Of a stretch of 32,675 nucleotides of DNA, positions 26,309-32,675 are shown in pieces. How positions within the stretch are numbered: position 1 is the first letter of the stretch; the number at the start of each line of letters is the position of its first letter. This DNA is from Bdellovibrionia bacterium (GTDB taxonomy: Bacteria > Bdellovibrionota > UBA1018). The notes under the pieces were generated by a model. It saw only the letters and a list, made by a program, of their open reading frames with translations. It was not told the DNA's origin and made no database searches. The stretch covers positions 1-32,675 of the forward strand of contig JBJMMA010000231.1 of assembly GCA_045805065.1 (NCBI GenBank). The letters are read 5' to 3'. The position numbers and the translations under genes are program-made.

Positions 26309-27169
26309 TCACGCCTTCTCAAAAATCACATAGCCCGTCATACGCCCGGCTTCTTGTCTCACCTTTTTAGGAAGCATGAAAAAGATTACTCTCACGAAAA
26401 AAGGCATGGGCGGCATGCGCTTGAACTCGCGGGCAATCTCACCCTTGTAGCGGGTTTCTTTAGGAACCCAGCCAACACCTTTGAAAAACCCAAACCAATC
26501 ATCCGGATAAAATCTGAATGGCGCATTTTTCATGGCATCCATTCTCCTGCTCTTTTGCAAGTAGCGATACACTTTGCGATGAAAGTACTCCGTGACCCAG
26601 TAAGCGATACGTGGAGATGCGTGGAGGTCTTTTGCCAGGTCAGTCACTTGCTCTGGGCTGAGATATGGAATCACCCCTTCTGTCAGAACGAGAGCCTTTT
26701 TGGCGTGAGGCGCGACGGAATGTAGAAACGCCTTTCGTTCCTCATTGTTTGCAAGATCGACTGTATAACGAGTCAGTCGGCATTTAGGCTGGTTGGCCTG
26801 CAGAACGTCTGTTTTATGCGAAATGATACTCGCGCAATCCACCTCAATCCATTCCAGATGCGGCGGCAGATTCATCCTGTAGGGGCGAGTATCGAGACCT
26901 GCCCCCAGGTTGATAATGACATCGACTCCCTCTTGAATCATCTTTTCGATGAAACGATCAATGATTACCGTTCGAGAGATGACTGACCATTCTACGTACT
27001 TGCTGATCGAGGAAATCGAGTCAGAGATGTTTTTCCCATGCTCTCCGACCAGGCGCTTTGCATAAGGATCAGAAAACATCGCATCGGCGCGATCGTTTTC
27101 CTTGGCGCGAAAATGAGCAACCCAAAACGCTGTATCAGATACGTCACGAATCAAAGTGTCTTTTGCCAT
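26309..27169 (-). CDS. SAM-dependent methyltransferase, LCM/TcmP-like family
   Basis: DVSDTAFWVA, FSDPYA, RTVIID, NLGAGLDTRPYR, EVD, LTEGVIPYL. Confidence 0.88.
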   Translation of the reverse strand: MAKDTLIRDVSDTAFWVAHFRAKENDRADAMFSDPYAKRLVGEHGKNISDSISSISKYVEWSVISRTVIIDRFIEKMIQEGVDVIINLGAGLDTRPYRMNLPPHLEWIEVDCASIISHKTDVLQANQPKCRLTRYTVDLANNEERKAFLHSVAPHAKKALVLTEGVIPYLSPEQVTDLAKDLHASPRIAYWVTEYFHRKVYRYLQKSRRMDAMKNAPFRFYPDDWFGFFKGVGWVPKETRYKGEIAREFKRMPPMPFFVRVIFFMLPKKVRQEAGRMTGYVIFEKA

Positions 27170-27176
27170 AATTTTC

Positions 27177-27755
27177 CTAAGCTCCTGTCACGGGTGCTGC
27201 AAGTTGCTGGACATAATCGCGGACATCTTTAGGCCAGGAGTCGATGAGCTTTGAGAATGTCTCAAACTTCTTAGCATAAAACGCACGAAGCGCTTCTTCG
27301 TACCCGGGCAGATCGCCCGCAAGCGCAGACATGAAGCGATGAGCGGCCTCTTGCGCCAGGCGGATCTGATCTCTCTTATGATTCTTGGCTTTGGCTTCTT
27401 CTACAAGCTTTCGAAGCGTGACGGATGCGCCTCCGGGTTGTGAGGCAAGCCAATCCCAATGACGAGGAAGAAGTGTCACTTCACGCGCGATCACGCCAAG
27501 CTTGGGTCGGCCGGGACCTGACTTTTTTTCGGGCTGGATCTCATCATCAGCAACCACCTGATAGCGCTGAGTGATGGTGCGAGCGTTGCCTCGCAAATCC
27601 AGGTCAATCGGTTTGGCGCTCGCATCATCAAAGACCAGAATGGAAGAGTCCTTGTGGCGCTCCAGATAGTCTTTCACCTTAAGCGCGACTTCCGCGAGTG
27701 CGCCGTGGGCTATTCTTTTATGTCCGGCAAAGGCCGAGCAGGCTTGAGTGTTCAT
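27177..27755 (-). CDS. DUF2239 family protein
   Basis: GRPKLGVIAREVTLLPRHWDWLASQPGGASVTLRKLVE, RFMSALAGDLPGYEEALRA, WPKDVRD. Confidence 0.9.
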   Translation of the reverse strand: MNTQACSAFAGHKRIAHGALAEVALKVKDYLERHKDSSILVFDDASAKPIDLDLRGNARTITQRYQVVADDEIQPEKKSGPGRPKLGVIAREVTLLPRHWDWLASQPGGASVTLRKLVEEAKAKNHKRDQIRLAQEAAHRFMSALAGDLPGYEEALRAFYAKKFETFSKLIDSWPKDVRDYVQQLAAPVTGA

Positions 27756-27760
27756 GCGTT

Positions 27761-27808
27761 GATAATACCCGGGTATAATCCAGCTGTCAATATTATCCGG
27801 GTATTATT
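27761..27808 (-). promoter_or_regulatory. Sigma70 promoter of the DUF2239 operon overlapped by two palindromic operators
   Basis: Minus strand TTGACA(27790-27785)-17 bp-TATTAT(27767-27762)-6 nt-ATG. Palindromes GATAATACCCGGGTATAATC (27761-27780) and AATATTATCCGGGTATTATT (27789-27808). Confidence 0.8.
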
Positions 27809-27849
27809 ATGGGATTGCCACGTCTATGAAAACAAAGGAAACTTGGTCC

Positions 27850-29127
27850 ATGCTCGTTTACGGAATGGACTTTGGTACCTCAAACTCGCTTTTAGGAGCC
27901 GCAGATCAGAACGGCGATCGTGGCTTTGCGCCACTGGATCCCGAGGCGTCTGATCCGTTTGTCCTTCGCAGTCTTCTCTACTTCCCGTCAGCAAGCCAGG
28001 TGTTTTACGGCACGCAAGCCGTTCAAGAGTTTGTATCGCGCGACCATACGGGCCGCTTCATTCGCTCCATTAAAAAGCAGCTTCCGAGCCGAAGCTTTGT
28101 AGGAACCTACGTCGATAATCGCCCCTTTAACCTCGAAGACCTGATTGGCGTTTTTATGGGCGAGGCTCGCCGACGCGCCAACGCGCACTTTGGTGAGGAT
28201 GTGACCAGTGTGGTGCTTGGACGTCCCGCGAAGTTTGCGCTCGACGAGGCGGATGACCGCTATGCCGAAGGAAGGCTTGAACGAGCCGCGCGCATCGCGG
28301 GCTTTAAGCACATCGAGTTTTTCCCGGAACCGATCGCCGCAGCATTTGGTTATGAGCAGGATCGAAGCAGTGGCAAAAAAGAAGAGCTCGTCCTGGCCGC
28401 CGACTATGGAGGTGGTACTTCTGATTTTACGGTCTATCGCCTGGGCTCACGCGCTTTTCAATCCTCAGATGTGATTGCCATGGGTGGCGTGCCGCTCGCT
28501 GGCGATGCGCTTGATGCTTCTCTGATGCGAAGCCGGATCTCCCTTCACTTTGGCACCGGCGTTCAATACAAAGTTCCCTTTGGTTCAAATACTCTGACAA
28601 TGCCCAAGCATCTGATGGAACGGATCTGCCATCCAGGTGAAATCTCGCTGCTTCGCAGGCAGGACACGATGGAATTTTTGAACAACGTCAGAAAGTGGTC
28701 CCTGGGCGATGATGATCGCCAGAAAATGGATCAGCTCTTCACCTTGCTCAATGATCAATTGGGATTTCCTCTTTTTGAGCAGATCGAAAAAACAAAACGC
28801 GCGCTCTCGCAAGGCGATAAGACGATGTTTGAGTTTCACTACCCTGATATCGACATTGAAGAAGAAATCACACGCCCGCAGTTTGAAGAATATGCAGGCG
28901 ATGCGCTTGAGAGAATTGAAGCATCGCTGGACGAGACCCTGAAGTCGGCTCAGATTGACCCGAAGTCCATCACTCGCGTTCTTTGTACGGGGGGAACCGG
29001 CAAAGTGCCGTGGGTCAGAAACTCGCTCATCCAGCGCTTTGGTGCCGATAAGCTGCATGATCTTGATCCGTTTCGTGGCGTGGCGCGCGGTTTGACGGCT
29101 CGTGCTCAGGAGCTTGCTCGCGCGTAA
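27850..29127 (+). CDS. Hsp70-family protein, YegD-like (ATPase domain only)
   Basis: GMDFGTSNS, GRFIRSIK, VLGRPAKF, EPIAAA, DYGGGTSDF, CTGGTG. Start at ATG 27850 after an AAGGAA SD. Confidence 0.88.
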   Translation: MLVYGMDFGTSNSLLGAADQNGDRGFAPLDPEASDPFVLRSLLYFPSASQVFYGTQAVQEFVSRDHTGRFIRSIKKQLPSRSFVGTYVDNRPFNLEDLIGVFMGEARRRANAHFGEDVTSVVLGRPAKFALDEADDRYAEGRLERAARIAGFKHIEFFPEPIAAAFGYEQDRSSGKKEELVLAADYGGGTSDFTVYRLGSRAFQSSDVIAMGGVPLAGDALDASLMRSRISLHFGTGVQYKVPFGSNTLTMPKHLMERICHPGEISLLRRQDTMEFLNNVRKWSLGDDDRQKMDQLFTLLNDQLGFPLFEQIEKTKRALSQGDKTMFEFHYPDIDIEEEITRPQFEEYAGDALERIEASLDETLKSAQIDPKSITRVLCTGGTGKVPWVRNSLIQRFGADKLHDLDPFRGVARGLTARAQELARA

Positions 29128-29183
29128 TGGTTTTCTGACACCTGGCGCTTAGTGTATCATGAGTCCTGAAAGAAGGGGCTTTT

Positions 29184-30269
29184 ATGGACACATTGCTTTC
29201 CAGGAAGTTTTCACTTCGTCTTCCTCTCATCGTTGCTCCGATGGCTGGAGGTCCGACGACTCCCGCATTAGTCGCCGAAAGCTCCAATGCAGGGGCCCTG
29301 GGCTCATTGGGTGCGGCCTACCTGACGCCTGAGAAAATTCAGTCAGCCATTGATGAGGTTCGAGCGAAAACTTCCAAGCCCTATGCGATCAATCTTTTTG
29401 CTCCGATGCCGGAAGTAAAATTGAAAGAAGATCAAGTTCAGATCGCCATCACAGCGACTCGTGGATATCGTGAGGAGCTTGGCATCGCTTCACCCAAGCT
29501 TTCTCCCCCCTTTCATCCTGATTTCGATCAACAGTTTGAAGTCGTCTTGCGCAATCAGCCCCAAGTCTTCAGCTTTGTCTTTGGATTGCTCGATCGCGCT
29601 TATCTCAAGGAGTGCCAAAAGCTTGGGATCCTAACGATGGGCACGGCAACCACGCTTGAAGAAGCGATCGCACTCGAGGAAAGCGGTGTTGATGCCATTG
29701 TCGCGCAGGGTTTTGAATCAGGCGGGCATCACGGAATATTTGATCCTGAGATCGAGAATCCAGGCATGGGTGTCACAGCCTTAACGCGAAGTCTGGTGGC
29801 GAAGCTGAACGTTCCAGTCGTTGCTGCCGGAGGCATCATGGACGGGAACGGAATCGCTGCCATGCTTGCACTCGGCGCAGACGCTGTGCAAATGGGGACA
29901 GCGTTTCTTCTTTGCAAGGAAGCGGGAACCTCTCCGCCTTATCGTGAAGCGCTTATCAGAAAAGGCGTAAAGAAAACTCAAATCACCCGAGCTTTTTCAG
30001 GTCGTTGGGCGCGGGGCTTAGAGAACCGCTTCATGAGTGAAATGAGTAAAAAGCCTCAAGCGATTCTGCCTTTTCCTGCTCAAAACGCTTTCACTCGAGA
30101 CATCCGGACAAAGAGCGCACAAATGGGCTCATCGGAGTTTCTATCGCTTTGGGCTGGAGAAGGAGTGGATTTGATCCGAGCCGATTTCTCGGCATCGGAT
30201 CTCATCGATACACTTGTAGAGGAAACTCGCGGGGCGCTCAGCGCTATGGGCGCGGCTTCGCGCGTTTAG
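29184..30269 (+). CDS. Nitronate monooxygenase family flavoprotein
   Basis: PLIVAPMAGG, GALGSLGA, AQGFESGGH, AAGGIMDG, QMGTAFL, TRAFSGRWARG, SLWAGEG. Confidence 0.92.
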   Translation: MDTLLSRKFSLRLPLIVAPMAGGPTTPALVAESSNAGALGSLGAAYLTPEKIQSAIDEVRAKTSKPYAINLFAPMPEVKLKEDQVQIAITATRGYREELGIASPKLSPPFHPDFDQQFEVVLRNQPQVFSFVFGLLDRAYLKECQKLGILTMGTATTLEEAIALEESGVDAIVAQGFESGGHHGIFDPEIENPGMGVTALTRSLVAKLNVPVVAAGGIMDGNGIAAMLALGADAVQMGTAFLLCKEAGTSPPYREALIRKGVKKTQITRAFSGRWARGLENRFMSEMSKKPQAILPFPAQNAFTRDIRTKSAQMGSSEFLSLWAGEGVDLIRADFSASDLIDTLVEETRGALSAMGAASRV

Positions 30270-30284
30270 CGAGACCCCACGCGG

Positions 30285-32081
30285 TTACCGCGTAAAGAGG
30301 CGGCCTTCAAAGCGCTCTTTGCCGCTTTGCCAGGGACTTCCGCCTTTGCCTTTTGCCTTGTCGCGAGTTGGATAAGGTTTTTTTGGGCTAGCGAAGCCGC
30401 CAGCTTGAGCCTCGCGTGGTTTCCCAACAAAGCCATCTTTCTTTTTCTTATCGAAAAACTGAAAGCTTTTTGGCTTTTCGAGCTTTTGCGGGAATGGCTT
30501 TTTGCCGAAAGACTTTGCGTACTTTTCTTGAAACTTATCGCGTGCCTTATCCTTGAAGAACTTACGATCTTCGGAAGCTTCCGGCGCAGGTTTGACCTCT
30601 ACAGGAGAGGCAAGAGGCGTTGGAAGGGCAGGTCTTTCACGGCTGCGCTCGCGGCCACCGTGACCCTGATCATGACTGCGATGATCATAATTACGATCGC
30701 GGCTGCGTTCACGGCGTGGGTCTCCCCGCTCGCTCGTGTCCTGGAATTTGCCTTCCTGCTTCTCTTGAGCCTTATCAGAACCCTTGTCCTGAAAAAGATC
30801 CGAGAAAGTCAGAGTGAGGAATCTTGCAGCGATTTCCTCGCGGCTCATGTTCTCAATGGCGCTCTTCCAAGAGTCGCCCAAAAGATCCATAGCGCGTTGG
30901 AACGAGGTTTCGCCTTGGAACTTGGCGAGAAGTCCGGAGACTTTCTTCATCCCGATTTCTTTGCGGGTCGGAAGCTTTCCTTCGCGCATCGTGCTCTTTG
31001 TCACTCGCTCAATGCGGCCAATCAGTCCGCGATGGCTTGGAGTGACCAGGTTCATTGCAACGCCGGTCTTTCCGCTGCGAGCCGTACGGCCAATGCGGTG
31101 GACATAGTTATCAAGCTCGCGAGGAAGCGAGTAGTTGATGACGTGAGTGATGTCCTTGACGTCCAATCCGCGAGATGCAACGTCGGTACAGATCAAAACC
31201 GTTGAACGGCGATTTCTGAAACCATTCATCGCGCGCTCACGAGCGTTCTGGTCCATGTCGCCATGGAGGCAATCGACGGCATAGCCGCGCTGGTTGAGAT
31301 ACTGGGTGAGATCCATGACGAGCGCCTTGGTCTGGCAGAAGATGATTCCGTAGAACTCATCGGCAGCTTCAATGAGCTTGCAGATGATCTCTGGCTTATC
31401 TTCTTCGTGTGCGCGGTAGTAGATCTGATCAATGCGGGTAGGAACGACTTCGGTGCGATTGATGCGCACTTCTTGCGGGTCGTTCAAGAAACGTTCGGTG
31501 AAGCTCACCACTTCCCTGCCCATCGTTGCCGAAAAGAGCCAGGTCTGGGTGTTGGAGCTTTGAGCGCTCTCGAGAATCTGCTCGAGCTCTTCCTTGAATC
31601 CCATGGAGATCATTTCGTCAGCCTCATCGAGAATGACGACTTGAAGGTTCGAAAGATCCAGTGTTCCGCGCTCTAAATGGTCAATGATGCGACCTGGGGT
31701 ACCGACGACGATCTTCGCGCCTTGTTTCAGGCCGCGGATTTGATCGTGGTAAGGAGCTCCACCATAGATTGGGAGCGCGCGAACGCCCATGTGCTTTCCA
31801 AGCAGATCGATTTGTCCGGAGACCTGAAGCGCAAGCTCGCGAGTCGGGCAAAGGATAAGGCCCTGAACCGCACGGAAGTCCGGATTGATTTTTTCAAGCA
31901 GTGGAATACCAAAGGCAACCGTCTTTCCGGTGCCGGTGGCAGCCAGGCCTAAAAAGTCAGTCGCTTGATTCAAAAGAATCGGGAGCGCCTGCGCCTGGAT
32001 CGGTGTGGGAGTTTCAAAGCCCATTTCAGTGATGGAGGCCATGAGAGAAGGGCTTAATTTCAATTCGGTAAATGATTTCAT
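30285..32081 (-). CDS. DEAD-box RNA helicase (DeaD/CshA-like) with a basic C-terminal tail
   Basis: Q motif GFETPTPIQ, ATGTGKT, PTRELA, TPGR, DEAD, SAT, SRGLD, HRIGRTAR. K/R-rich tail. Start probably ATG 32081. Confidence 0.95.
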   Translation of the reverse strand: MKSFTELKLSPSLMASITEMGFETPTPIQAQALPILLNQATDFLGLAATGTGKTVAFGIPLLEKINPDFRAVQGLILCPTRELALQVSGQIDLLGKHMGVRALPIYGGAPYHDQIRGLKQGAKIVVGTPGRIIDHLERGTLDLSNLQVVILDEADEMISMGFKEELEQILESAQSSNTQTWLFSATMGREVVSFTERFLNDPQEVRINRTEVVPTRIDQIYYRAHEEDKPEIICKLIEAADEFYGIIFCQTKALVMDLTQYLNQRGYAVDCLHGDMDQNARERAMNGFRNRRSTVLICTDVASRGLDVKDITHVINYSLPRELDNYVHRIGRTARSGKTGVAMNLVTPSHRGLIGRIERVTKSTMREGKLPTRKEIGMKKVSGLLAKFQGETSFQRAMDLLGDSWKSAIENMSREEIAARFLTLTFSDLFQDKGSDKAQEKQEGKFQDTSERGDPRRERSRDRNYDHRSHDQGHGGRERSRERPALPTPLASPVEVKPAPEASEDRKFFKDKARDKFQEKYAKSFGKKPFPQKLEKPKSFQFFDKKKKDGFVGKPREAQAGGFASPKKPYPTRDKAKGKGGSPWQSGKERFEGRLFTR

Positions 32082-32205
32082 GAGTGGGGCACCATATATC
32101 ATACTTATTGTTTAATTGTTGATTATTTCAGTGTGAAAAGCCGATTGTTCGCCCCACACGAACCCATCAGCAAGCCCACGGAATATAACGGGAATTTAAC
32201 CTATT

Positions 32206-32583
32206 CTAGGTTGTGGCCGGAGCCAGGCTTTGAATCCGGCTCAAAAGGTCATCTAGATCGATAGGCTTCCGGAGAATCGCAACTGCGTCCAGTGCTCCTG
32301 CATCCGGAACGGCGGTCATGACTACGACCGGGATAGTGGCCAGGTTGGCTGGCTCATTCTTCAGAGCCTTCAAGAACTCAGGACCTGGCATGACAGGCAT
32401 GTTGAGATCCAACAGCAACATGAAAGGCAGAGCGGTTGGCGTCGCGGACTGAGAGCGCAGTATCTCCAGAGCCTCTTTTCCATGGCGTGCTAAAACTACG
32501 GCATATCCTTCCATTTCCAGGATTTCTTGCAGGTTCTCGCGAATGACTTCATCGTCTTCAACGACTAAGATGAGTTTGCTCAC
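32206..32583 (-). CDS. Single-domain response regulator (receiver)
   Basis: ILVVEDD, LLDLNMP, VVMTA, LRKP. GTG start overlaps the upstream kinase stop (GTGA). Confidence 0.9.
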   Translation of the reverse strand: MSKLILVVEDDEVIRENLQEILEMEGYAVVLARHGKEALEILRSQSATPTALPFMLLLDLNMPVMPGPEFLKALKNEPANLATIPVVVMTAVPDAGALDAVAILRKPIDLDDLLSRIQSLAPATT

Positions 32584-32675
32584 TGGTTGTCTTCTCCGTT
32601 CAATGGAAGCTGGACTGTAAATGTTGATCCTTTGCCAATTTCGCTTTCGAGCGACACCTGGCCACCGTGTGCCTC
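32580..32675 (-). CDS. Sensor histidine kinase, C-terminal fragment (5' truncated by the window edge)
   Basis: Not in the ORF track. The minus frame from 32675 reads EAHGGQVSLESEIGKGSTFTVQLPLNGEDNQ*, the typical end of an HATPase_c domain. Confidence 0.9.
   Translation of the reverse strand, partial: EAHGGQVSLESEIGKGSTFTVQLPLNGEDNQ

Noticed and set aside
30327..31205. 292-aa hydrophobic-looking ORF antisense to the DEAD helicase
   Set aside because: The Phe/Leu richness mirrors the Lys/Glu codons in the helicase tail.
32084..32157. GTGGGGC/GCCCCAC pairing as a switch in the DEAD-helicase 5' UTR
   Set aside because: Only 7 bp. -10-like hexamers (TATGAT/TATGGT) lie between the arms, so the distal arm may not be transcribed.
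1..32675. CRISPR array, IS/transposase, integrase, prophage, rRNA or known riboswitch
   Set aside because: No regularly spaced repeats or mobile-element motifs, and no riboswitch consensus recognised by eye. An Rfam/Infernal scan of the intergenic regions would be needed to exclude ncRNAs.

Overview
Chromosomal window from a Gram-negative bacterium of roughly 50-55% GC (judged by eye). The PilA-like pilin and the style of the secreted proteins suggest Bdellovibrionota/Oligoflexia (inference). Genes, in order: end of a pst-phoU-phoB operon; uup; a desaturase resembling eukaryotic sphingolipid delta-4 desaturase (DEGS/DES1); a sigma54-type lipoprotein gene with Ig and Cys-rich domains; a polyprenyl synthase; the glyoxylate shunt (aceB-aceA); small hypotheticals; a 2Fe-2S ferredoxin with a Cys-to-Asp ligand change; an HExxH protein coupled to a SNF2 ATPase; a penicillin-acylase-family enzyme; tesA-ybbA-ybbP; DUF5522; a host-attachment/baeRF12 gene with a small basic ORF; a thioredoxin-TPR protein; tRNA-Ser(CGA); a type IV pilin; maa; a methyltransferase; DUF2239; a YegD-like Hsp70; a nitronate monooxygenase; a DEAD-box helicase; and a truncated two-component pair. 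I found no CRISPR, IS element, integrase or prophage. The most notable unexplained signals are: (1) a 58-bp segment holding the pilin promoter and start codon, bracketed by a perfect 12-bp inverted repeat, which may be an invertible switch or a twin operator; (2) the eukaryote-like sphingolipid desaturase; (3) the sigma54-driven, probably leaderless baeRF12 plus basic-protein pair; (4) twin palindromic operators over a near-consensus leaderless promoter of DUF2239; (5) the coupled HExxH-SNF2 pair. All family assignments come from motif recognition, not database searches.
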